Source of the DNA: an archaeon GW2011_AR15
GTDB lineage: Archaea > Nanobdellota > Nanobdellia > Woesearchaeales > GW2011-AR15
Direction: 5' to 3'
Length of the DNA stretch: 64,000 bases
Assembly: GCA_000830295.1 (NCBI GenBank)
Contig: CP010425.1
Span: forward strand, 704,001 to 768,000
Made by a program: the position numbers and the translations under genes. Shown here piece by piece: positions 40,855 to 50,300 of the stretch (the first letter of the stretch is position 1; each line of letters starts with the position of its first letter). The notes under the pieces are model-generated. The model saw only the letters and a list, made by a program, of their open reading frames with translations. It was not told where the DNA came from and ran no database searches.

Positions 40855-40974
40855 TTACATCACCTCTTTATTGCAACAACAAGAATGATACTTTTTTCCG
40901 CTCTTTCCCTTGTTATTGCAGCATTCATGTTCTTTGTTTTCTTTATTCTCCTTACAACAGTTATGTTCTTTCAT
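40855..40974 (-). CDS. Metallothionein-like peptide (39 aa)
   Basis: Not in the ORF track: MKEHNCCKENKENKEHECCNNKGKSGKKYHSCCCNKEVM. Confidence 0.7.
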   Translation of the reverse strand: MKEHNCCKENKENKEHECCNNKGKSGKKYHSCCCNKEVM

Positions 40975-40997
40975 AGTTTTTGCCTCATCTTGGTGTA

Positions 40998-41342
40998 TTA
41001 ATCTTGTATTAAATTACCTCCTTTTTCAAAAAGTTCAGCACAGTGCGGGCACTTAGTTTTCTTGTTCATCTGGCTGAAAGCATCCCTTAATGGGCACCAG
41101 CAGTAAGCATCGCTCAATCTGTAATATTTTTTCCTGCCTTTTTTCTCAAATTTTACTATGTCTAATCCAGCCATCATCTTTAGCTGATGGGAGATTGCCG
41201 ATAGAGTAAGTTCTCCAACTGAGCTATGGATGTCTTTTACAGTCATAGGGCCTTTTGATACAGTTACAAGTATCTTCAGCCTGGTTTCATCTGCCAGAGC
41301 GTCAAAAAACTTTATGATTCTCTGGTTTATCTCCTTCATCAA
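40998..41342 (-). CDS. ArsR/SmtB-family metalloregulator
   Basis: FDALADETRLKIL, LSAISHQL, YYRLSD; Cys-rich tail CWCP..CPHC. Confidence 0.9.
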   Translation of the reverse strand: MMKEINQRIIKFFDALADETRLKILVTVSKGPMTVKDIHSSVGELTLSAISHQLKMMAGLDIVKFEKKGRKKYYRLSDAYCWCPLRDAFSQMNKKTKCPHCAELFEKGGNLIQD

Positions 41343-41375
41343 TAGTTGAGAAATTGCTCAAGTATTTAAATATAC

Positions 41376-41888
41376 CTATTTTTTTAGTATATCCAGCACA
41401 TCCTCTCTTAGTATAACTTTCCTTATCTTGCCATGGGCTTTTATCATGATTAATTTTTTCTCCTGCATTTTCTGAAGCGACCGGTATGCTTTTACCCTGT
41501 TTAATCCAGGAAGTCTGGAAATCTCAGCCTGTGTAGTCTCTCCCGTGGTCTTTACAAGATGCTTTATAATCTCCTCTTCTTCCTTATTGAGAAACATAAG
41601 CACTATTTGCAGGATGTTCTCTGAATTTTTTCTTTGTTTTTCCAAAGCTCTGAAACTTAGGCCGGAAATAAAAAAACCAAGGATTATTGAGATCATTATC
41701 ATGATAAATAATAGTTCAAGGTGATTCTGGGCGGCATAATAAAATAATGGATTGGCATTTGTCATATCCCTACTACCGTAAGTAATTATTGTGATAACTG
41801 AAACAAAAATAAATATAATTATGAGCACGGCCAGCCCAAGATATTTATAGAATTTTAGTTTTTGTGTATCCATAGTTGCTGCAAACAA
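41376..41888 (-). CDS. Two-TM membrane-anchored winged-helix regulator (type A)
   Basis: TM-NPL..NH-TM, then FLNKEE..TQAEISRLPGLNRVKAYRSL..GKIRKV. Confidence 0.78.
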   Translation of the reverse strand: MFAATMDTQKLKFYKYLGLAVLIIIFIFVSVITIITYGSRDMTNANPLFYYAAQNHLELLFIMIMISIILGFFISGLSFRALEKQRKNSENILQIVLMFLNKEEEEIIKHLVKTTGETTQAEISRLPGLNRVKAYRSLQKMQEKKLIMIKAHGKIRKVILREDVLDILKK

Positions 41889-41938
41889 TATTGGTTTTAT
41901 ATATTTTTTGTTTCAGAAATTGCAGCATTATTCTTAAA

Positions 41939-41979
41939 TGTTTCGCAACCCTTTAAATATTGTTTCAACATATGAAACA
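41939..41979 (+). promoter_or_regulatory. dsbA promoter: TATA box followed by palindrome TGTTTCA-N5-TGAAACA
   Basis: tgtttcgcaacc-ctttaaatat-TGTTTCAacataTGAAACA; near-identical layout at 51407-51445. Confidence 0.7.
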
Positions 41980-42065
41980 TACATGTGTGCCTATTTTGTG
42001 CATGAAAAAAGGAGTTGTCAGCTCTAAAAAAAGAGCCTGTAAAACTCCAGAATAAGGAGGTAAAA

Positions 42066-42827
42066 ATGCCAAAAAAGAATAAAAAAGAAGAAACAATAAC
42101 CATTACAAGATCAATGGTGTGGAAGGGAGCTGCAGGGATATTGGCCCTATTATTAATTATCTCAGTCTTGACAGGAGGATTTAAAATCGGGACTGGGAAA
42201 AGCCAGGATAATACCGCTCCTACTCCTCAGCCTACCCAGCCCACACAGCCAACGCAGCCCACAGAATACACAAGCAGCATAGATGACGACCCTTCAAAAG
42301 GGAGTACCTCTGCTAAGGTTGTGATAATAGAGTGGGGGGATTTCCAGTGCCCATACTGCAGCAGGTTTTACAGTGAGACACTGCCTTCAATACAGCAGAA
42401 CTATATCAGCACAGGGAAAATCCGGTTTGTTTACAGAGATTTTCCTCTGAGCAGCATACATCCTCAGGCAACACCTGCAGCAGAGGCAGCAGAATGCGCA
42501 GACGAACAGGGAATGTTCTGGGAATTCCATAACAAGCTGTTCGAAAATCAGGACTCATTAAGTGCTGATAACTACAAGGCATGGGCTGAAGAGCTCGGCA
42601 TGGACACATCACTGTTCAACAATTGTATTAACTCAAGAAAATACCAGGCAGAGGTCCAGAGCGACTTCAGCGCAGGCACAAGCGCAGGAGTTACAGGGAC
42701 GCCAGGATTCGTAGTGGGAGTTCTCCAGGATGACGGAAAGACTGTAATAGGCGGGTCTGTCAGGGGAGCAGTTCCTTACTCAACTTTCGCGGCAGTAATA
42801 GAAGCAGAACTTGCTAAAGTGAATTAA
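42066..42827 (+). CDS. DsbA-family thiol:disulfide oxidoreductase, membrane-anchored
   Basis: DFQCPYC, YRDFPL, GVTGTP; PTQ-repeat linker; AGGAGG Shine-Dalgarno. Confidence 0.92.
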   Translation: MPKKNKKEETITITRSMVWKGAAGILALLLIISVLTGGFKIGTGKSQDNTAPTPQPTQPTQPTQPTEYTSSIDDDPSKGSTSAKVVIIEWGDFQCPYCSRFYSETLPSIQQNYISTGKIRFVYRDFPLSSIHPQATPAAEAAECADEQGMFWEFHNKLFENQDSLSADNYKAWAEELGMDTSLFNNCINSRKYQAEVQSDFSAGTSAGVTGTPGFVVGVLQDDGKTVIGGSVRGAVPYSTFAAVIEAELAKVN

Positions 42828-42866
42828 TATTTTTTATTTTTTTAATATAAAAACAGGTCTTAAACC

Positions 42867-43340
42867 ATGGAGTATAAATTATTCCGGATTTTGAAAAAAA
42901 GAAAATATCTCAGTATCATGATAATCTCATCTGTTTTCATGATAATATTCTTTCCTGTAGCGCAGTCATTAGCTACAGGCGGTTTGCAGAACCTGGATTT
43001 ATGGTTCAGGGTAATACCGAAGGTCAATTTATTCTTATTGGGGGTATATTCTATTTTGTTTGGTGCTTTACTTTCATTGCAGATATACAATTTTAAATCC
43101 AAGGAATGCGATATAGAACAAAAAGTTGCAGGAGCATCTACTACAGGGGTTAGCGCGGTTATTGCTTCATTAGTTCCGGCATGCCCGGCTTGTTTATCAT
43201 GGGTATCACTGCTATTGCCGGCCAGCTTTGGGTTGACAGCAACAATTTTCATGATAAAATACAACGGATTAATCCTTTTAGGAAGCATTATTTTATTATT
43301 AGCTGCTATGTACCTGTTGGGTGGTTTTAAGAGAAAATGA
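42867..43340 (+). CDS. Membrane protein with intramembrane CPAC motif
   Basis: Four TM segments, PACPAC. Confidence 0.7.
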   Translation: MEYKLFRILKKRKYLSIMIISSVFMIIFFPVAQSLATGGLQNLDLWFRVIPKVNLFLLGVYSILFGALLSLQIYNFKSKECDIEQKVAGASTTGVSAVIASLVPACPACLSWVSLLLPASFGLTATIFMIKYNGLILLGSIILLLAAMYLLGGFKRK

Positions 43341-43888
43341 GCAAAAAGAAATTTAATTGTGAATCCTGTGGGAAAGGATTTTCCACAGAGGGCGGCCTGA
43401 ATATGCATACAAAAGTTAAGCATCCAAGCAAGAAAGAAGAGGGATCACCAGCACTGACAGAAAAGCAGAGAAAAAAGATAAACTGGGTGATTTTCATTAT
43501 TGCGGCTGTTGGTATTGTTGGTTTTATATGGTTCAGTTCATCAAATGCAGAAGTGCTGCCTCCAATAGATATGCAGGGGCATATCGAAGTAAATCCGCCC
43601 TCACATATCATGAAAGAACCTATGCTTTTGACAGTCCAGAAACACATGCTGGAGCATGCAGATGGCTCCGGCCCGCCAGGAGTGATTATAAATTATAATT
43701 GCGATGATTATGAATGCGAGCCTGATTTGATAGAGAAACTTGAGGGTTTTGCTGTTGAATATTCTGAGAATGTCTATGTGGCCCCTTTTGAGAACATGGA
43801 TGCAAAGATAGCTCTTACCAGGCTTAGAAGAATACAGGTTTTGGAAGAATATGACTATGATGCGATAAAGAGTTTTATAGGCTCATAA
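43337..43888 (+). CDS. C2H2 zinc finger + TM + DUF3105-like domain protein
   Basis: CESC..HTKVKH; HMLEH..GVIINYNC..YVAPF. Confidence 0.68.
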   Translation: MSKKKFNCESCGKGFSTEGGLNMHTKVKHPSKKEEGSPALTEKQRKKINWVIFIIAAVGIVGFIWFSSSNAEVLPPIDMQGHIEVNPPSHIMKEPMLLTVQKHMLEHADGSGPPGVIINYNCDDYECEPDLIEKLEGFAVEYSENVYVAPFENMDAKIALTRLRRIQVLEEYDYDAIKSFIGS

Positions 43889-43894
43889 ATAGAT

Positions 43895-44383
43895 TTATTT
43901 TATGACAACTATATTTGTCATTCCCCTTCTTTTTCTTTCTATAATGCCCCTGTTTTCCAGTTTATCCAATATCCTTGTTACTTTAACTTTCGACATGTCT
44001 AATTTTGCTCCTATTTTGCTTTGATATATCCCATTATCGCTGTTTTTTATAAGCTCAAATACTTCTCTTTCTTTCTTATTCAGACCTGATAAATCATACT
44101 CCTTTTTTGTTATTATTTTTTCTTCTTTTGAGAATAAAAGATATGCCCCAATCCCCCCCAATCCTGCTACCAGAATGCTGGCTAAAAGAGGGATTACACT
44201 TAAGTTATTGTCTTTATGATATGGGCACGAAGAAATTGAACAGCTGTCTGCCCCGTTCTCACCGCATGCTTCGGCGCAGGCCTGGAGCTGCTGATTATCA
44301 AACTGAATTTTGAAATAAATCATTAATAAGATTACAACAACACTTAATATTACTATGATCCTCCCTAATTGTTTTGGTTTCAT
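43895..44383 (-). CDS. Two-TM membrane-anchored winged-helix regulator (type B, Cys loop)
   Basis: Loop CAEACG..CSISSCPYH; YQSKI..SKVKVTRILDKLE..RRGMTNIV. Confidence 0.78.
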   Translation of the reverse strand: MKPKQLGRIIVILSVVVILLMIYFKIQFDNQQLQACAEACGENGADSCSISSCPYHKDNNLSVIPLLASILVAGLGGIGAYLLFSKEEKIITKKEYDLSGLNKKEREVFELIKNSDNGIYQSKIGAKLDMSKVKVTRILDKLENRGIIERKRRGMTNIVVIK

Positions 44384-44480
44384 CGACTTTTAAAAGATTT
44401 TTCAACTATAAAAATTTAGCTATTAATCTGTTTTATAGAGAAAAAGACACCACACATTAGGGAATGGCTCGCTCTCTATA

Positions 44481-45083
44481 TCACGTTTCATCATGAGCAT
44501 GGCCGGTTCCTCCGCAGGCATCAGACAAATCCCAGACATCTGCTATTTGTTCTGCTGTAAAACCTTTTTCAGTAATAAGATATTTAGCAAGCCCCTCATA
44601 TGCATACCAGTGCCAGCATTTGCAACAGCAGGGGCCTCCTTCATGAGATAAGTCTACTGCGTGGTCATAAACTTCCTGCTGTTCAGCGTTTAAAATTATA
44701 TTTTTTTGATAATCTAGAAGCTCTTTCGCCAAAGACACGGAGACATCGTAAGGGTCAGGGGGTATTTTTTCAAAATCTGAATATTTTTTCAAAGCGTGAA
44801 CTTGTTCTGCATATCTATGGAATACCATCGCCCCGCAGCAAGATCCCTGAATTCTTTCCTGATCTGATTTTGAATCGATATAATTAAATGTTCCGCCGCA
44901 TGAATTTGTATGTGCACTGCTTAATAAGGCAAATTTTACTTCTAGAGCTGTCTGTTCATTAAGTGTTGCAGCAGAATTTATAGAACTGAAAATATAGGCA
45001 GTTGATAAAATTAATATAACTATTAGTACAAACAGGATATTTGATTTTTTAAAAGTTACTGTATTTTTCTCTTTCTCTTTCAT
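44481..45083 (-). CDS. Membrane-anchored Cys/His-rich protein
   Basis: GSCCG, GGPCCCKCWHW, ACGGTGHAH. Confidence 0.72.
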   Translation of the reverse strand: MKEKEKNTVTFKKSNILFVLIVILILSTAYIFSSINSAATLNEQTALEVKFALLSSAHTNSCGGTFNYIDSKSDQERIQGSCCGAMVFHRYAEQVHALKKYSDFEKIPPDPYDVSVSLAKELLDYQKNIILNAEQQEVYDHAVDLSHEGGPCCCKCWHWYAYEGLAKYLITEKGFTAEQIADVWDLSDACGGTGHAHDET

Positions 45084-45194
45084 CTTATGTTTTTCCCATT
45101 ATAATCAATTCTATAATTAGTAGAGACTGAAACACTTTATTAATATAACCTGAAATGGGTTTCACTATCCTCTGTTTACAAAAATTAAATCATA

Positions 45195-45689
45195 TTATGG
45201 CAGAGTTTGCAAATAATGCATCAAATCTCTCAGATCATTATCGTTCATGCCCCATCTTGGCATCGCAGGGCCAAGATAACTCCCGTCAGGATGCCTGCCG
45301 TAGACAACAGCGTTCCTGAATTCTTCAAGGCCATATCCTTCATGCGCATCATTGTGCTCATCAGCATGCTCTTCTTCCTGCCAGCTTTCCCCTGACAAAG
45401 CAGACCACCTGATATCGGGGACTGAGAGGGAGTCCATATGAAAATATACATTTCCTCCTCTCGCGTCTTCTCCATGGCAGGATACGCATGCAAGGTCTCT
45501 GCTTCCAGGCATCATACCCGGACCAAAACCCCCGTCATAATCTATTCTGCCTGAATTTTCAGAAGTGGCTGTAAAATAAATTCTTTCGCCATTGGAGGAA
45601 TATCCCCTGAAAGGCTGAACAAAAGTACTGCATGATGCAAACAGGAGCGAGGTTCCTGCTATAATCGAGACTAATGATTTTTTTTTCAT
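45195..45689 (-). CDS. c-type cytochrome lipoprotein
   Basis: FASC lipobox, heme-binding CVSCH, distal MPRW, His-rich loop. Confidence 0.82.
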   Translation of the reverse strand: MKKKSLVSIIAGTSLLFASCSTFVQPFRGYSSNGERIYFTATSENSGRIDYDGGFGPGMMPGSRDLACVSCHGEDARGGNVYFHMDSLSVPDIRWSALSGESWQEEEHADEHNDAHEGYGLEEFRNAVVYGRHPDGSYLGPAMPRWGMNDNDLRDLMHYLQTLP

Positions 45690-45701
45690 TTCCTTGATTT
45701 T

Positions 45702-46109
45702 CTAATTAGCTTCCCATTTAAATATCCTTTCTTCAACATCAGGAATACCGGTTATGATTATCATGTGCTCTCCTGGCTCTTCAGGGATTTCAAACCTTAA
45801 TGTTCCTGAATTATGGTGTCCTCCAAGTGATGGAGCGCTTACAGGATAATACTCGTCTTCTCCTATAACTAATTTAACCTGCTTCTTCAGATCAAACCCG
45901 CTCATATCAATAGTGTGTGTGTTTAAACTGATGTCAATCTCCAGTACGCCATTTTCAAATTGATGGGGCTCCAAATCAATAGTTACAGCGCTTTCACTTG
46001 TTTTTCCGGCAAAATTTTCTTTTTCCGGTGTTTCTTTGCCCGTGCCTGAGGTGCATGCGCTTATAATAAAAAGCATTATAACGCCGGCAATCAATAATTT
46101 TTTATCCAT
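45702..46109 (-). CDS. Lipoprotein with His motifs
   Basis: ISAC lipobox, NTHTIDM, GGHHNSG. Confidence 0.7.
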   Translation of the reverse strand: MDKKLLIAGVIMLFIISACTSGTGKETPEKENFAGKTSESAVTIDLEPHQFENGVLEIDISLNTHTIDMSGFDLKKQVKLVIGEDEYYPVSAPSLGGHHNSGTLRFEIPEEPGEHMIIITGIPDVEERIFKWEAN

Positions 46110-46112
46110 TTT

Positions 46113-46679
46113 TTATCCTCCTATAATTGCAGAATATAAAGACAGGCCAAATATTGCCAGACTTAATATCACAACATATTTCTGGATAATTCTTATATCC
46201 AGTTTCATCATTTCCCCCAGAATACCTTTCCAGGAGTTATGGAGAGAATTTTTTTGTATTGTATTGAGCATGATAGTTATTCCGATTAAATTCGAAAGCA
46301 CCCCCAACAGGATAAAAGAAGTCTGATACTTAACTAGTACCGTTGATAAAAAAGCAAGGCCGATTAATGGGAGTATATCGGTCAAGTGATGCGCGCAGCA
46401 TGCTACCATGGAGGCAGTGGATACTCCGCCTGAAGCAGCTACAGAAGCTGTTGCTGCAGCATTTATTGCTTTGAAAGATTCTTTTACATAAACATAGAGA
46501 CCAATCTGTATGCCGAATCCAAGAATTAAAGGCAGCATTAAGTACCATAGTCTAAGAAATTCTGATAGAGCATGGGATAGTGAGTTTAACAGGCTAAGCA
46601 GCAGAAGATATATTGAAAAAAGGAATATACTTCCAAGCAACCCAAACAATACAGATTTTTCGGTTATATTTTTATTCAT
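46113..46679 (-). CDS. Membrane protein with ACCAHH motif
   Basis: SMVACCAHHLTD within a TM bundle. Confidence 0.72.
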   Translation of the reverse strand: MNKNITEKSVLFGLLGSIFLFSIYLLLLSLLNSLSHALSEFLRLWYLMLPLILGFGIQIGLYVYVKESFKAINAAATASVAASGGVSTASMVACCAHHLTDILPLIGLAFLSTVLVKYQTSFILLGVLSNLIGITIMLNTIQKNSLHNSWKGILGEMMKLDIRIIQKYVVILSLAIFGLSLYSAIIGG

Positions 46680-46709
46680 CTTAAAAAAGCCATCTTTGTT
46701 GTTTAATTC

Positions 46710-47099
46710 TTATCTTGCATTGTCAACAATCTCTATAATGTCTTTTTCGGCCTCTTCAGCTTCTTCTTTGGCGATCTCTGGAAAGAACTCTGAAATCATT
46801 GTTGGCTTCATTCCAATAATCTTTATTTTTCCATTCTCTTCCAGAACATTTATTTTGCATGGCATGCATAAAGAAATTAGCCTGTTCCTGTTCAGAAAAG
46901 TATCTGCGTGCTTTCCAGAACAAATCTCAATGATCTTCAATGCGTTGTGCTTAAATCCTTTTGCTGCCAGCCTCTCTTGTATATCATAGACCTGAAACAA
47001 TGCCCAGCCTTTTTTCTCAACAGCTTTCAAAACTGAAACAACTGCACTATCGAAACTTTTTTCTGTCTCTACAACATATGCGAAATCTTCAACATTCAT
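46710..47099 (-). CDS. DUF302 family protein
   Basis: Start MNVEDF at 47099; IIEICSG, LCMPCKI..KPT. Confidence 0.85.
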   Translation of the reverse strand: MNVEDFAYVVETEKSFDSAVVSVLKAVEKKGWALFQVYDIQERLAAKGFKHNALKIIEICSGKHADTFLNRNRLISLCMPCKINVLEENGKIKIIGMKPTMISEFFPEIAKEEAEEAEKDIIEIVDNAR

Positions 47100-47566
47100 T
47101 TTTTGCGCCTCCTGTTTTTTGTATTTTTCCATAGTCTTATAATCCAGAAATAAACCAGGATTATTAATCCTGCCAATAAGATTATATAAAATATAGTGAT
47201 AATCCCCCAGGATGCATACCCGAAATTCCCCATCATACCCTGCATCATGTTGCCGCCCATCATTCCAAAGCCTGAACTTTCTTTGCAATAAAAATTCTTT
47301 CCCATGTTTATGTGCACTATTCTCAAGGATTCAGAGCCTTCGCCGCCCATCATCTCATCCATCCTTTCATGTGCCTCTCCTGGATGCATCTGCTCCATAT
47401 AATAGTCCCCAAGAAACTCAAACTGAGTATCATTCAGGTCTTCACATGGAGTCTGGCTTTCAATTATCTCCAGCGCCACTGAAAAATCATCATGCCCGTC
47501 GCCATAGGAATAGCTTATTGGGATAAGTGTTAAAATCATAATCAGAATTATAGTTATTTTTTTCAT
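47096..47566 (-). CDS. Met/His-rich membrane protein
   Basis: Signal peptide; MEQMHPGEAHERMDEMMGGEGSESL..HINMG; GMMGGNMMQGMMG; C-terminal TM. Confidence 0.72.
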   Translation of the reverse strand: MKKITIILIMILTLIPISYSYGDGHDDFSVALEIIESQTPCEDLNDTQFEFLGDYYMEQMHPGEAHERMDEMMGGEGSESLRIVHINMGKNFYCKESSGFGMMGGNMMQGMMGNFGYASWGIITIFYIILLAGLIILVYFWIIRLWKNTKNRRRKK

Positions 47567-47932
47567 CTAGTTCACCTCAAACCCATATCCTTTTGCTCTC
47601 CAGGCATTTGTTCCGCCAACAAGATTGTAGACATTTTTGTATCCCATATCTATTAACTCCTGAGATGCCTCTGTGCTCATGCTCCCGCTCCTGCAATAGA
47701 CAGCAATAGGAACAGATTTGTCATCAGGCAGCTCTGCTTTGTCTATCTCATTATAGGGAAGGAAAGCATCTGTTCCTTTTATATGCTGTTGTTTTGGGAT
47801 ATGGACATCTATGAGGAAAACGTCCTCATTTTCCAGAAGCTCTTTGAATTCCTCGGCCCCGAGATTGTTTATGTTTCCCTTAGTTGTGCAGGCAGCAATA
47901 AATATCAAAAAAATAAAAAGTAATCTTTTCAT
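47567..47932 (-). CDS. Rhodanese-like lipoprotein
   Basis: IAAC lipobox, HIKG, YCRSGSMS, NLVGGTNAW. Confidence 0.9.
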   Translation of the reverse strand: MKRLLFIFLIFIAACTTKGNINNLGAEEFKELLENEDVFLIDVHIPKQQHIKGTDAFLPYNEIDKAELPDDKSVPIAVYCRSGSMSTEASQELIDMGYKNVYNLVGGTNAWRAKGYGFEVN

Positions 47933-48135
47933 CAGCAACCACCCACCATTTGGGGAAGATTATTCAGGTTGCCTGGCACATTTACCCCGCTTGCGCTGTT
48001 TCCTAATTTTGTAGTATCAGGACTTATCCCTTCACTTACAATTCTTTTTTCCAGTGAATTCAGCTGAACTGCCTGTGCAGCAGAGAAAATCACTAAAACA
48101 ACCAATACAATTGTAATTATCATGTTTTTTTCCAT
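47932..48135 (-). CDS. Small membrane-anchored protein ending LPQMVGGC
   Basis: AGGAGGT Shine-Dalgarno before MEKN; N-terminal TM. Confidence 0.72.
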   Translation of the reverse strand: MEKNMIITIVLVVLVIFSAAQAVQLNSLEKRIVSEGISPDTTKLGNSASGVNVPGNLNNLPQMVGGC

Positions 48136-48146
48136 TTTTACCTCCT

Positions 48147-48830
48147 TTAACATCCCCCGACCATGCCAGGCAGATTTTCAAGCGCAGATGTATCCCCGCC
48201 GGCAACAGTCACTGCAAGATTCACCATATCTTTAGGGAAGAACAGGGTTTTCCACCTTAGAGCTTCTCTTAAGATCTCAGCATCATTGTAGTCAGTATTT
48301 TTTATCAGCCATTTTGTCAATCCAAGCAGAGCCGGATTATGCTGACAGCCGCAGATTGTCTTGCCGTTCCTGTCCACGCCTATTGCCTGCACTCCGCAGC
48401 AGAACTCGCATGAGATACCAATGGGCTTTGTGACAAGGTTGACATACCGCTCATTCTCTTCTTTTGTGAGTTCAAGATTGTACAGCTTAAGAAGCACTGA
48501 TAATCCTCTAGTTGGATCGTCGTAATTGACACCAAGCTCCTGTCCGTATTCCGGCATTCCTGTCGGAACCATCACATCTACAGCATCCTGAGCTGTCTTG
48601 ATTGATTCAACCTCAAACACAGCAGCAACAGCATGTCCTGTTGATTTTATAGAACTGAAATCAACATTACTGAGTTTCTTTCCCTCTTTGTGCATATTTG
48701 GCATTGCTATTGCCCTTATCCTGAGCAGCGTGTACTGGTTAAAAACCATAAGCAGCACAACAAGAACAAGAAGCGCAATGTTTACTATGCTTAACTTATC
48801 TTTTAATTTCATTTTTCTATTTTTTTTCAT
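48147..48830 (-). CDS. Membrane-anchored Cys-rich protein ending LPGMVGGC
   Basis: PTGMPEYG.ELGV, SCEFCCG..CGCQH. Confidence 0.72.
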   Translation of the reverse strand: MKKNRKMKLKDKLSIVNIALLVLVVLLMVFNQYTLLRIRAIAMPNMHKEGKKLSNVDFSSIKSTGHAVAAVFEVESIKTAQDAVDVMVPTGMPEYGQELGVNYDDPTRGLSVLLKLYNLELTKEENERYVNLVTKPIGISCEFCCGVQAIGVDRNGKTICGCQHNPALLGLTKWLIKNTDYNDAEILREALRWKTLFFPKDMVNLAVTVAGGDTSALENLPGMVGGC

Positions 48831-48834
48831 TTTG

Positions 48835-49266
48835 TCACCATTTTTTGCAGCATTCTATCAGCCTGCTGACGAATTTTTTCATGTTTTTTCCTGACCTGTA
48901 GAGATAGATCAATATGAAAACAGCCCAGACTGCGGATACAAGAATAACAACACGGATTATATCATTGGATACGCTTATCAATGATATGCCAGCAGTTGTC
49001 AGCGTCAATAAGAAAGGCAGCCTGAATATCTTGAGCTCTTCTTTTACTTTTGAATCTACAAGGTAATAGATGCCTACTACTGACTGCCCCATGAGCATAG
49101 CAACAATAAGAGGATTATCAAACATATTCAGCTTATATAATACTAAGAGAGAGATCCATGTTAAGCTGATGGCCCCGCATATAACGCATATATCAAAAAA
49201 CCTTTTTACAATAAGGAGGATAAAAAACAGCGTGATTATGCCTGCTATTGGAATCAGGATTTCCAT
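48835..49266 (-). CDS. Membrane protein with CxxC motif
   Basis: ICVICG, LMGQSVVG, C-terminal ECCKKW. Confidence 0.68.
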   Translation of the reverse strand: MEILIPIAGIITLFFILLIVKRFFDICVICGAISLTWISLLVLYKLNMFDNPLIVAMLMGQSVVGIYYLVDSKVKEELKIFRLPFLLTLTTAGISLISVSNDIIRVVILVSAVWAVFILIYLYRSGKNMKKFVSRLIECCKKW

Positions 49267-49267
49267 C

Positions 49268-49786
49268 TTATACCACCACATTGATTATTAGACCTGAGAG
49301 TATAAGCAGGACAAAGGTCATTATCATCCCTTGGAAGGGAATTGTTTTCTTTCTGGCTTCTGTTATTTTTCTGCTTAGGTAAGGTGTAACAGAAACAATG
49401 GCTGCTCCTATAAGGCTTCCCAGCAGGAACAGGTTAATCACATATGTCCTGTTTAGCAGAGAGCCGTAATTTCCTGCAATGAAAACAAAAACCGGGAGAG
49501 GGGCTTCCATTATATTCAGCATGGGCAGCACAGTCGTAATATAAGACAATAATATAAGCACAGCTCTCTGGTATTTTACATATTGCCTCTTAATCAGGTT
49601 GGAGAACCACCAGCCCATGGATACTGCAAAAGCCCCTATGAAGAGTCCTATTACTCCCTGGTTGACACCCAGCCACGCTGCACCGCCTGCAGCAGCTGCA
49701 GCCCCGATAGTACATAAAGGGCAATGGGCTCTGGCCTGTTGTACCATCAGGATGAATGCAGCCGGAAGGAGGATTTTTTGTTTCAT
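49268..49786 (-). CDS. Membrane protein with HCPLC motif
   Basis: AHCPLCT after a signal-like segment; IPFQG. Confidence 0.7.
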   Translation of the reverse strand: MKQKILLPAAFILMVQQARAHCPLCTIGAAAAAGGAAWLGVNQGVIGLFIGAFAVSMGWWFSNLIKRQYVKYQRAVLILLSYITTVLPMLNIMEAPLPVFVFIAGNYGSLLNRTYVINLFLLGSLIGAAIVSVTPYLSRKITEARKKTIPFQGMIMTFVLLILSGLIINVVV

Positions 49787-49787
49787 T

Positions 49788-50228
49788 TTATATTGTCATG
49801 AATACCGAAGCCTGGCCGTCTTTTATGGCATATATTGTCCAGATGGTATTTTTTGGACCAGGCATTCCGGGTGAGCCGGAAGGCATTCCAGGCAATGCAA
49901 TCCCGTCAATATCAGGCCTTTCGGCAAGAAGCTTTTCCACAGCCTCTGCAGGAACATGGCCTTCAACGAAATAGCCTTCTACAAAAGCAGTATGACAGCT
50001 GTACATGTTTCCGGGTATCCCATTTTCTGCCTTTATGGAATTTATATCGGCATTTTCAATTATCTTAATATTGTAATCATCGGCAATATAACCTGCCCAG
50101 CCTGTGCAGCATCCGCATGTTGGAGATTTATAGATAATCATCTCCGGCTTATTGGCATTGCTAGAAGTGCATGCCGCTACTATAATGCTTAACAGCAATA
50201 TTACTACGATGAATATTTTTTGTTTCAT
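49788..50228 (-). CDS. DUF411 (CopG-like) metal-binding lipoprotein
   Basis: KSPTCGCC..W, SCHTA..EGHVPA, PGMPSGSPGM. Confidence 0.92.
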   Translation of the reverse strand: MKQKIFIVVILLLSIIVAACTSSNANKPEMIIYKSPTCGCCTGWAGYIADDYNIKIIENADINSIKAENGIPGNMYSCHTAFVEGYFVEGHVPAEAVEKLLAERPDIDGIALPGMPSGSPGMPGPKNTIWTIYAIKDGQASVFMTI

Positions 50229-50300
50229 TCTTTTACCTCTCAGTTAATTTTAGTGCTGGAGAACATGAAACAGCATATATCAGTACTGATGAAACTAGTT

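Noticed and set aside
42216-42265. Short tandem repeat encoding PTQPTQPTQ
   Set aside because: An ordinary Pro/Thr linker between the DsbA membrane anchor and catalytic domain
47929-47945. Selenocysteine readthrough at GGC-TGA (a Gly-Cys-Sec type motif)
   Set aside because: The TGA is followed by a second in-frame TGA and overlaps the next start codon; the matching MVGGC protein ends in TAA
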